Assembly (NCBI GenBank): GCA_031372815.1
Contig: JANMMA010000083.1
Span: 4,820 to 68,819 of the forward strand
DNA: 64,000 nt
Direction of reading: 5' to 3'
DNA from: Sphingobacteriales bacterium
GTDB taxonomy: Bacteria > Bacteroidota > Bacteroidia > Chitinophagales > Chitinophagaceae
The notes beneath the pieces were generated by a model that worked only from the letters and a program-made list of their open reading frames with translations, ran no database searches and was not told the DNA's origin. The position numbers and the translations under genes are program-made. Below, one piece after another: positions 29,083 to 37,223 of the stretch (position 1 is its first letter; each line of letters opens with the position of its first letter).

Positions 29083-29172
29083 TAATTTTGTTATGTGGCA
29101 GCAATTTGTAATTTAGTGCAAGAATTTAATGGGTTAGTAAGTATCAAGGGTCAACGTAAGTTGGCCCTTTTT
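29083..29172 (+). ncRNA. Candidate small transcript or leader: promoter-like TAATTTTG box followed about 60 nt later by an intrinsic terminator
   Basis: taattttg at 29083-29090 matches the Bacteroidota -7 consensus TAnnTTTG. No ORF longer than 7 codons lies between it and the terminator at 29148-29172. I see no convincing -33 element. Confidence 0.3.
29148..29172 (+). terminator. Orphan intrinsic terminator in the divergent gap upstream of radA
   Basis: gggtcaac-GTAA-gttggccc is an 8-bp stem with a GNRA loop, followed by ttttt. There is no plus-strand gene upstream of it. It lies 100 nt before the radA ATG. Confidence 0.6.
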
Positions 29173-29272
29173 ACATTATAATAAGACCGGTTTTTCTGGC
29201 CCATGTTAATCAACGTTCAACTTTCTTTTTTTCCTCAAACATTCCCTTGCTTCATCCCGTTACCTTTATCAA

Positions 29273-30643
29273 ATGAGTAAAGTGAAATCTGCATTTTTTT
29301 GCAGTCAATGCGGATATGAATCTGCAAAGTGGTTAGGAAAATGTCCGGCATGTCAGCAATGGAATAGTTTTATTGAAGAGATCATCCAGAAAGACGACAA
29401 GCAATCAAAAAAAAGCTGGAAAGAAGAATCCCGCTCAGGAATAAAGTCTGTTTCACTCGATGATATTGACAGCAGTGAAGAACAAAGAATTGTTACACCC
29501 GATCCGGAACTGAATCGGGTTCTTGGCGGAGGAATTGTTCCGGGATCGATTGTGTTGGTTGCGGGAGAACCAGGTATCGGCAAATCAACTTTATTTCTAC
29601 AAAACGCACTTCAGCTCAAAAACCTGGTCACCCTTTATGTCAGCGGAGAAGAAAGTGAACAGCAAATAAAAATGCGTGCCAACCGATTGGGAATCCATCA
29701 TCCCAATTTTTATCTGCTGACTGAAACATCAACACAGGTAATATTCCAGGAGATTAAAAAGATAAAACCACAGTTGGTCATAATTGATTCCATCCAAACA
29801 TTACAATCCCCTTACATTGAATCTTCACCTGGCAGCATTTCACAAATAAGGGAGTGCGCATCAGAATGCCAGCGATTTGCCAAAGAAACACAGACACCTG
29901 TATTTATTATTGGGCATATCACTAAGGACGGAACAATAGCTGGTCCGAAATTATTAGAACACATGGTAGATACCGTTCTGCAATTTGAAGGTGACCAGCA
30001 CTATGCATACCGGATATTGCGTACTACCAAAAACAGGTTCGGATCAACTTCCGAATTAGGAATCTATGAAATGACATCTACCGGAATGACACCGGTACTT
30101 AATCCTTCCGACATTCTCATCACGCAAAAAGAAGATCAACTCAGCGGTGTTTCTATCGCTTCAGCAATTGAAGGACTTCGTCCTTTATTGGTAGAAGTGC
30201 AGGCACTGGTTACACCATCTGTTTATGGAACACCACAACGAACAGTAAGCGGATTCGACGCAAGAAGATTACAGTTATTGCTGGCTGTTCTCGAAAAACG
30301 CGGAGGCTTTCATTTTGGAACACGTGACGTATTTATTAATATCGCCGGTGGTTTAAAAATAGAAGATCCTGCGCTGGATCTTGCCATGGTTTGTGCTCTG
30401 CTGAGTTCATTTGAAGACATACCCATTCCGCAGACTGTAGTGTTTTGCGGCGAAGTAGGCCTTAGCGGTGAAATCCGCGCTGTGAACAGGATTGAGCAAC
30501 GTATAGCAGAAGCTGAGAAACTGGGATTCGAGAAAATTGTAATCAGCAAATACAGTCAAAAGTCGCTCAGTAACCATCGCTTCGACATAGAAATTATTCC
30601 CGCGGGAAGGGTCGATGAAGTGTACACATTATTATTTCAGTAA
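29273..30643 (+). CDS. radA: DNA repair protein RadA/Sms
   Basis: N-terminal zinc ribbon (CSQCGYESAKWLGKCPACQQWNSF), Walker A (GEPGIGKST), the KNRFG motif and a C-terminal Lon-like domain. Confidence 0.95.
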   Translation: MSKVKSAFFCSQCGYESAKWLGKCPACQQWNSFIEEIIQKDDKQSKKSWKEESRSGIKSVSLDDIDSSEEQRIVTPDPELNRVLGGGIVPGSIVLVAGEPGIGKSTLFLQNALQLKNLVTLYVSGEESEQQIKMRANRLGIHHPNFYLLTETSTQVIFQEIKKIKPQLVIIDSIQTLQSPYIESSPGSISQIRECASECQRFAKETQTPVFIIGHITKDGTIAGPKLLEHMVDTVLQFEGDQHYAYRILRTTKNRFGSTSELGIYEMTSTGMTPVLNPSDILITQKEDQLSGVSIASAIEGLRPLLVEVQALVTPSVYGTPQRTVSGFDARRLQLLLAVLEKRGGFHFGTRDVFINIAGGLKIEDPALDLAMVCALLSSFEDIPIPQTVVFCGEVGLSGEIRAVNRIEQRIAEAEKLGFEKIVISKYSQKSLSNHRFDIEIIPAGRVDEVYTLLFQ

Positions 30644-30654
30644 GTTGTTTCTTA

Positions 30655-31377
30655 TTGAAAAAAATTCCGGTAATGATCTCATTACTTAAAAAGACCGCAT
30701 CTTCTTTCAGCCATCTTTTCTATCCCCACGTTTGCAGGGGTTGTGGCACTGACCTCATCGAACCCTACCAGATGATATGCTTTCATTGCATGGCAAAACT
30801 TCCCTTCACAAATTTTGCCTGGCATCCTCATAATCCCATCGAAAAAACGTTTTGGGGAAGGATCAATGTTGCTGCAGCAATGAGCCTGCTATACTTTACA
30901 CCAGAGTCAATTGTTCAGCAACTTGTTCACCAGGTGAAATATAAAGGGCAACAAAAACTAGCGCATCATCTGGGTACAATGATCGGCAAAGAGCTGTCCA
31001 TTTCCGGAAGATTCAGCAATATCGATTTAGTCATTCCGTTACCCCTCTACCGTACCAGGGAAAAACAAAGAGGCTACAACCAGGCAACGCTGCTTGCTAA
31101 CGGTATTGCAGAAATCATCAACGCCGATGTGCATGAAAAAGCACTGGTCAGGACTCACGCGTCATTATCCCAGACGCATAAATCAAGGTCGGCAAGATGG
31201 GAGAATGTAGATGGGCTTTTCAAATTGAAAAAAGAATTTTGGCCCGAAGGAAAAAATATTTTGCTGGTTGATGACGTGATCACCACCGGTGCCACCTTAG
31301 ATGCCTGCGGTACCGTGATCAACACTATTGAGGGGACCAATCTATATATTGCCACACTTGCATACGCATTACAATGA
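30655..31377 (+). CDS. comF: ComF family protein (phosphoribosyltransferase-like)
   Basis: N-terminal Cys pairs (CRGCG ... CFHC) and a C-terminal PRPP-binding loop (ILLVDDVITTGATL). It is adjacent to radA. The ORF starts at a TTG, and an ATG lies at 30673. Confidence 0.75.
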   Translation: MKKIPVMISLLKKTASSFSHLFYPHVCRGCGTDLIEPYQMICFHCMAKLPFTNFAWHPHNPIEKTFWGRINVAAAMSLLYFTPESIVQQLVHQVKYKGQQKLAHHLGTMIGKELSISGRFSNIDLVIPLPLYRTREKQRGYNQATLLANGIAEIINADVHEKALVRTHASLSQTHKSRSARWENVDGLFKLKKEFWPEGKNILLVDDVITTGATLDACGTVINTIEGTNLYIATLAYALQ

Positions 31378-31403
31378 CTCAATGCCTTAATTTTATTGTT
31401 CCG

Positions 31404-32792
31404 ATGAAATACATATTTTTTCCTGCAGCGATTTATTGCCTTTGCCTGATAGCCTCTTGTCGAAAGGATGAGTTCAATACGTCACCCGATGTTAGCATTA
31501 GGTTATCTGCCGATACATTGAAATTTGATACTGTTTTTGTTTCCGCGGGTTCCATTACAGGTTCATTGAAACTCTTTAATCCCAACAATAAAAAGATTAA
31601 CATCTCTTCTATTGAATTGAAAGGCGGATTACAATCGGCATTTAAAATTAATGTTGATGGCACTCCCGGACCTAAGGTTACTAACACACTCGTTGATGCC
31701 GATGACAGCGTATATATTTTTGTAACGGCTAACATTAATCCTACTGCAGATGCTGCACCATTTTTGCAAAGCGACAGTATTCAGATTACCGTAAATGGCA
31801 ACCAAAAACAAGTCCAGTTGCAGGCTTATGGTCAGAACGCAAGGTACCTCCGTTCAGCCGCCATCACCACCAACACGACCTGGGATAACGGCCTTCCCTG
31901 GGTAATTTTGGGAGGATTGCAGGTAGATACAGGGGTAACGCTCACCATAAATCCGGGCTCAAGGATCTATTTACACGCCGACGCCCCTTTTATTGTAGAT
32001 GGTACCCTGCTTGCCAACGGTACCAAAAAAGACAGTATTACGTTTCAGGGCGACAGGCTTGATGAGAATTACCGGGATCTTCCGGCAAGCTGGCCCGGAA
32101 TCTATTTTCGCCGGACAAGCCAGCAAAACCTGCTAAGCTATGCTATTATTAAGAATGCTTATCAGGGTATAGTCGCTGATCAGCCTTCGGGACTGTTCCC
32201 CAAAGTAGACCTCAGGGAATGTACACTTAACAATATATATGATGCTGGCATATTTGCCATAAACTCCAGCATTTCTGCTGTAAACTGCCTGATCAGCAAT
32301 TGCGGCATCAATATCCTGCTCACCAATGGCGGCAACTATAATTTTACCCATTGTACCGTAGCCAGTTACAACAGCCTGTATATCCAGCATAAAAAACCTG
32401 TCATTTATATCAGCAACTGGGATAGCACCACCCTCCTGAACACCTATGACCTGCAGGCAGTACTCAGCAATAATATCTTCTGGGGCGAAAACGGTAATGT
32501 TGAGAACGAGGTTCTGGTGAGTAAAAGAGGCAACAACCTGTTTTCTATCCTGATGCAAAATAACCTCTATAAGGCCCTAACTCCACCGGAAAATACAACA
32601 CTTTCAGGTAACCTTCTTAATACGCCACCGTTGTTCGATAGTATTAATGAATCTTCACAGTATTATGATTTTCACCTGGGAAAATTCGCATCCCCGGCCA
32701 TAGATGCGGGTAAAAATCTGGGTGTGCTTACCGACCTCGACGGCCGCCCAAGGGACTCCAAGCCTGATATTGGAAGCTATGAGAAACGATGA
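31404..32792 (+). CDS. Lipoprotein with right-handed parallel beta-helix-like repeats (function unknown)
   Basis: From the ATG at 31404: MKYIFFPAAIYCLCLIASC. The central region has repetitive N/G/I-rich turns, and the C-terminus LDGRPRDSKPDIGSYE is typical of beta-helix repeat proteins. Confidence 0.5.
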   Translation: MKYIFFPAAIYCLCLIASCRKDEFNTSPDVSIRLSADTLKFDTVFVSAGSITGSLKLFNPNNKKINISSIELKGGLQSAFKINVDGTPGPKVTNTLVDADDSVYIFVTANINPTADAAPFLQSDSIQITVNGNQKQVQLQAYGQNARYLRSAAITTNTTWDNGLPWVILGGLQVDTGVTLTINPGSRIYLHADAPFIVDGTLLANGTKKDSITFQGDRLDENYRDLPASWPGIYFRRTSQQNLLSYAIIKNAYQGIVADQPSGLFPKVDLRECTLNNIYDAGIFAINSSISAVNCLISNCGINILLTNGGNYNFTHCTVASYNSLYIQHKKPVIYISNWDSTTLLNTYDLQAVLSNNIFWGENGNVENEVLVSKRGNNLFSILMQNNLYKALTPPENTTLSGNLLNTPPLFDSINESSQYYDFHLGKFASPAIDAGKNLGVLTDLDGRPRDSKPDIGSYEKR

Positions 32793-32856
32793 AAGTCGTA
32801 ACTTCATCTTCCGCTAAACCTTTGGGCTTTCTACTTGTTGTTAAAAAAAATTGTAT

Positions 32857-33375
32857 ATGATTAAAGTTATTACTGCCATGCTCGCTTTATGGATGATTGC
32901 ATCTACCACCATTTATGATTTTAAAGTGCCTTCACTGGATGGTAATACCATTGACTTTTCAAAATATAAAGGGAAGAATATTCTTATCGTTAATACGGCA
33001 TCACAATGTGGTTATACAAAACAGTATGCCGACCTGGAAAAACTTTACGAAAAGTATAAAGGCAACCTCGTTATCATCGGTTTTCCTGCCAATAATTTCG
33101 GACAACAGGAACCTGGTTCAAATGCAGATATAAAAGAATTCTGCAGCAAGAATTACGGCGTAACTTTTCCGATGGCAGAAAAAATTTCTGTTAAGGGAGA
33201 GGATATCCATCCATTGTTCAAGTGGCTCACCAACAAACAGGAAAATGGCGTAACTGATGCAGAGATCAAGTGGAACTTCACCAAATTCCTGATCGACAAA
33301 AACGGTAAGCTGGTTGCTGTATTTCCCAGTGCAGTTACTCCTATGAGTGAAGAAATTACCAAATACCTGAATTGA
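32857..33375 (+). CDS. gpx: Glutathione peroxidase (Cys-type)
   Basis: NTASQCGYTKQY (catalytic Cys, not Sec), FPANNFGQQEPG and WNFTKFLIDKNG are GPx signatures. The ORF track starts at a TTG at 32851. Confidence 0.9.
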   Translation: MIKVITAMLALWMIASTTIYDFKVPSLDGNTIDFSKYKGKNILIVNTASQCGYTKQYADLEKLYEKYKGNLVIIGFPANNFGQQEPGSNADIKEFCSKNYGVTFPMAEKISVKGEDIHPLFKWLTNKQENGVTDAEIKWNFTKFLIDKNGKLVAVFPSAVTPMSEEITKYLN

Positions 33376-33376
33376 T

Positions 33377-34570
33377 TTGAAGTTCGAAGAAGTAATTGGC
33401 CAGGCAAATGTAATAAAGAGCCTGGTTAGCCTGGTTAAAGACAACAGGTTAAGCCACGCATTGCTGTTCCTTTCGAAAGAGGGCTCTGGCGGATTACCCC
33501 TTGCACTCGCACTGTCACAATATATTGTTTGCGAAAAAGTTTCACGCAGGGAAAAAGGCAGTTCCCTTTTCGGGGACGTGGGCGAATCAACAAATGAAGT
33601 GCCCAACGATGCCTGTGGTGTTTGTCCATCATGCTTGAAAGCCAGCGCCATGGTGCATCCCGACATCCACTATGCGTACCCGGTAGTGCCCCGAAAATCA
33701 GGTGAAAAACCCATCAGTACTGACTACATAGCAGAATGGAGGGAGTTTGTAAAATTGTATCCTTATGGAAATGCTTTTGACTGGTTGCAATTCATTGGGG
33801 CGGAAAATAAACAGGGAAATATTACTGCTACAGAATGTAACGACATTATCCGGAAACTTAACCTGAAGAGTTTCGAAAGTATATATAAGATACTTGTGAT
33901 GTGGATGCCCGAATACCTGGGCAATGAAGGAAACAAGTTATTAAAGCTGATTGAAGAACCTCCTTCAAACACGCTGTTCATACTGGTAGCTCAGGAAGAA
34001 AGCAAATTATTAACGACCATCATTTCCCGCACCCAACAGGTAAGGATACCCGCATTAACAACTGCCGACATTACGGATGCATTGACGAACAGGGCGTCGG
34101 CAAATATTGACGCTGCACACAAAGCAGCATCACTGGCCGAAGGAAATTACCGTGACGCCCTGCAATTGTTGCAGCATGCTGAATCTGACTGGCAGGGGAC
34201 CATACGTGACTGGCTCAACGCGGCCATTCGAACTGGCCCCGCTGAGCAGGTGAAATGGGTAAATGAGATAAGTCTGATCGGTCGGGAAAAACAAAAACAG
34301 TTACTACGCTATTTCAACCATTTACTCGAGCAGGGTATTCGTTTAAGGGTATTAGGAAAGGAACACCTCACCGGACCTGAAAATGAAATAGATTTTGCGG
34401 TTCGTTTCAACAAAACAGCAACCCTTGCGCAGCAGCAGGCCATTGTTGAAGAATTGGACAAGGCCGTTTATTACATTGAGCGTAATGCAAACGCAAAAAT
34501 GCTTTTTCAGGCCCTGACAATTAAAATCTACCATATCATTAAGGACAATGCTGTTACTGTTATTGCCTGA
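33377..34570 (+). CDS. holB: DNA polymerase III delta-prime subunit-like AAA+ protein
   Basis: GQANVIKSLVSLVKDNRLSHALLFLSKEGSGGLPLALALSQYIVC is a degenerate P-loop typical of delta-prime. Zn module CGVCPSCLK, and an SRTQQ sensor segment. The start is TTG. Confidence 0.7.
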   Translation: MKFEEVIGQANVIKSLVSLVKDNRLSHALLFLSKEGSGGLPLALALSQYIVCEKVSRREKGSSLFGDVGESTNEVPNDACGVCPSCLKASAMVHPDIHYAYPVVPRKSGEKPISTDYIAEWREFVKLYPYGNAFDWLQFIGAENKQGNITATECNDIIRKLNLKSFESIYKILVMWMPEYLGNEGNKLLKLIEEPPSNTLFILVAQEESKLLTTIISRTQQVRIPALTTADITDALTNRASANIDAAHKAASLAEGNYRDALQLLQHAESDWQGTIRDWLNAAIRTGPAEQVKWVNEISLIGREKQKQLLRYFNHLLEQGIRLRVLGKEHLTGPENEIDFAVRFNKTATLAQQQAIVEELDKAVYYIERNANAKMLFQALTIKIYHIIKDNAVTVIA

Positions 34571-34746
34571 CATCAAAAGATTTCTTTTCTTCCAGAGGCC
34601 CATACAATTAACTGCTATACCTGAACCTGTGCTTATGCAATGGCTTAGAATATGGCCAAAAAGCGTATTTTTGAACTACTTGACCCTGTCAGACTGTATG
34701 TTCAGGCTAACCGGGTTTTTTATTATATAAAAATCATACAATTATT

Positions 34747-36201
34747 ATGAGCTGTAGCTCATGTGGAACAAATAGTAACGGAACACCCTCCGGCTGTAAA
34801 AGCAATGGTGGGTGCAGCACCGGTGGATGCAACAGGCTCAATGTACACGACTGGCTTGCCAATTTACCCTTTCACGATCCTGAAGGATCCTGCAAAATCA
34901 TAGAAATTTCATTTAACCAGGGCAGCAGAAAAGAATTTTTCAGAAATACCACCCTTCAGACGTTTATTAAACAGGAACTTGTTACGGTAGAAGGTGTGAG
35001 TGGATTTGATGTGGGCGAAGTTAGCTGCACCGGTGAAATGGTCAGGCTGCAAATGAAAAAGAAGAAGGTCGATGAAGGTTCAGCCGAAATTAAAAAAGTT
35101 CTCAGAAGGGCCGGTGATATGGATATCCAGAAATGGAAAGAAAACAAATCACGGGAACCACAGGCACTTATCAGGGCCCGGGCTATAACCCGCCAGTTGA
35201 ACGTCCAGATGAAACTCTGCGAAGTTGAAATACAGGCGGATGGTCGTAAGGCCACTTTTTTTTATACGGCAGATGACCGTGTAGACTTCCGTGAACTGAT
35301 TAAGATCTTCGCCTCAGAATTTAAGGTGAAAGTGGAAATGAAACAGATCGGCGCAAGGCAGGAATCCGGCAAAGTGGGCGGAATAGGCAGTTGCGGACGA
35401 GAACTGTGTTGCAGTACCTGGCTATCCGATTTCAAAAGCGTTACCACAACCATTGCGAGATACCAAAACCTGAGTATAAACCAAACCAAACTCAGCGGTC
35501 AGTGTGGACGCCTGAAGTGCTGCCTGAATTATGAACTGGATACTTACCTCGATGCTTTACAACAATTTCCGGACAATGCAGACATCCTTGAAACACAGAA
35601 AGGCAATGCTGTACTGGTGAAAAAAGACATTTTTAAAAACCTGATGTGGTATGTGTTGCCCGACAGCAACCGTCAGTATCCTGTTGCCATTGATGCTGTA
35701 AAAAGAATTAAGGCAATGAATATGAACGGCGTGCGGGTAGATGAACTGGAAACTACAGACGTCAATGCTTCCGGCAAAAAAGAAATCGAACCACATTTTG
35801 TTGATGTGGTTGGACAGATCAGTCTTCGTACCCTGGAAAGAAACAGCCAGAAACGGAAACAAAAAGAAAGGGACCAGCGGGAACCAAGAGATCGCAGCAA
35901 TAATAATCCGAGGAACAAAGACCAACGCGATAACCAGCCACAGCAAAGAGAACAGAAAGATCAACGACCACAACGAGACCAAAAAGATCAACGGCCTCAG
36001 CGCGACCAGAAAGACCAACGGCCTCAGCGAGACCAGAAAGGTCAACGGCCTCAACGCGATCAAAGGGACCAGCGCCCACAGCAGGATTCCAGGGAACAGC
36101 ATTCACAACAAGAGCCAAAAGAGCAACGTCCGCCTCAGGATCCCAAAGATCCAAAAGCGCCTAATCGGGTTATTATAACAACAAAAAAGAAAGATATCTA
36201 A
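34747..36201 (+). CDS. PSP1 domain protein (YaaT/RicT-like) with Cys-rich N-terminus and repeat-containing disordered C-terminal tail
   Basis: PSP1 core (FDVGEVSCTGEMVRLQ ... VEMKQIGARQESGKVGGIGSCGRELCCSTWL ... GQCGRLKCCLNYE). It lies downstream of a holB-like gene, the order I recall for holB-yaaT in Bacillus. Confidence 0.8.
   Translation: MSCSSCGTNSNGTPSGCKSNGGCSTGGCNRLNVHDWLANLPFHDPEGSCKIIEISFNQGSRKEFFRNTTLQTFIKQELVTVEGVSGFDVGEVSCTGEMVRLQMKKKKVDEGSAEIKKVLRRAGDMDIQKWKENKSREPQALIRARAITRQLNVQMKLCEVEIQADGRKATFFYTADDRVDFRELIKIFASEFKVKVEMKQIGARQESGKVGGIGSCGRELCCSTWLSDFKSVTTTIARYQNLSINQTKLSGQCGRLKCCLNYELDTYLDALQQFPDNADILETQKGNAVLVKKDIFKNLMWYVLPDSNRQYPVAIDAVKRIKAMNMNGVRVDELETTDVNASGKKEIEPHFVDVVGQISLRTLERNSQKRKQKERDQREPRDRSNNNPRNKDQRDNQPQQREQKDQRPQRDQKDQRPQRDQKDQRPQRDQKGQRPQRDQRDQRPQQDSREQHSQQEPKEQRPPQDPKDPKAPNRVIITTKKKDI
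35944..36078 (+). repeat. In-frame tandem repeat, 5 x 27 nt (QR[DE]Q[KR][DG]QRP)
   Basis: Units at 35944, 35971, 35998, 36025 and 36052 encode QREQKDQRP / QRDQKDQRP / QRDQKDQRP / QRDQKGQRP / QRDQRDQRP. Confidence 0.9.
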
Positions 36202-36220
36202 TATCTGAAAATTTCTAAAG

Positions 36221-36245
36221 ACCGCTCCCAGTGAGCGGTTTTTTT
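36221..36245 (+). terminator. Intrinsic terminator after the PSP1 gene
   Basis: accgctc-ccagt-gagcggt followed by tttttt. Confidence 0.75.
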
Positions 36246-36299
36246 ACAGTAAAATTTCACCTTCAGAAAGTGCAGAAACCAAAAAGGAATCTTCCGGGA

Positions 36300-37139
36300 A
36301 TGATCGTAGTTATATTCGTTACTATTCTTGTTGCATGGATTTTACTTGCGCCTTATTTGTTTTCCTTCCGCATCAATGACAATTCCGCAAGAAAAGCTTT
36401 TGCCAAAAATGGGCTTGTACTGGACACTGTTACGCAAATTATACAAGGAAGAAAGATTCACTATGTAATGGTAGGTGACAAATCATTACCGACCCTTGCA
36501 TTTTTTCATGGCTCACCCAGTTCCTGGACCGCGTTCATTGACTATATGAAAGATCCGGAACTCTTAAAGCATTACAGGATGGTTGGGGTCGACAGGCCGG
36601 GCTTTGGATATAGTGATTTTGGCCAGGCGCTAAACCTGCAGCAACAGGCCGCATACTTAATGCCGATATTTGACAAGATCAAAAATAATAGACCCGTGTA
36701 CCTTGCAGGCCACTCCCTGGGAGCGCCCTTGCTAATAGAGATGGCTGCCAACAGGCCAGACTATTTTACGGGCATAATGCTGATTTCAGGTTCCGTAGCT
36801 GCTGCATTTGAACCCAAAGAAAAATGGCGCTACCTGATGCAGAAATTTCCTTTCCATTATCTTTTTCCGGGATCGTTTAAAACCAGCAATACTGAATTAT
36901 TGTACTTCAAAAAAGATGTTGTTAACCTAACCCAGGCATTCGAAAAGATAACCTGTGCGGTTTATTTTGTACACGGAGAAAAAGACAGCTGGGTGCCGGT
37001 CGGCAATGTGGACTATGCTGTTGAAAAATTGACCCACGCTTCTAAAATTGAAAAACTCATTTTGCCTGGCGGAAATCATTTTATTCCCTGGACCAGAAGA
37101 AAAGAAATCACTGCAGAACTTATCCGTATGAGCAAGTAG
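36300..37139 (+). CDS. Alpha/beta hydrolase
   Basis: N-terminal TM/signal segment from the ATG at 36300 (MIVVIFVTILVAWILL), the HGSPSS oxyanion region and the nucleophile elbow GHSLGA. The ORF track start (GTG at 36231) lies inside the upstream terminator. Confidence 0.75.
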   Translation: MIVVIFVTILVAWILLAPYLFSFRINDNSARKAFAKNGLVLDTVTQIIQGRKIHYVMVGDKSLPTLAFFHGSPSSWTAFIDYMKDPELLKHYRMVGVDRPGFGYSDFGQALNLQQQAAYLMPIFDKIKNNRPVYLAGHSLGAPLLIEMAANRPDYFTGIMLISGSVAAAFEPKEKWRYLMQKFPFHYLFPGSFKTSNTELLYFKKDVVNLTQAFEKITCAVYFVHGEKDSWVPVGNVDYAVEKLTHASKIEKLILPGGNHFIPWTRRKEITAELIRMSK

Positions 37140-37223
37140 AAATTGTGACCATTGGAAAGGAAATAAAAGTGGAGGTAACGATGTATTTATTTTCACATTT
37201 TGCACATTTCCCAATTTTCACAT

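Noticed and set aside
33118-33666. A 182-aa minus-strand ORF spans the gpx/holB junction.
   Set aside because: It is antisense to two well-supported genes, has no motifs, and crosses an intergenic boundary.
34571-34746. The 176-nt gap between the holB-like and PSP1 genes ends in ggctaaccgggtttttt, a possible terminator or leader.
   Set aside because: I could not find a convincing stem preceding the T-run. Only 4-bp pairings are available.
35557-36178. Several 80-180-aa ORFs in other frames and on the minus strand overlap the 3' end of the PSP1 gene.
   Set aside because: They are all generated by the stop-free 27-nt tandem repeat and the surrounding purine-rich low-complexity DNA. The PSP1 frame is the one continuous with a recognisable domain.
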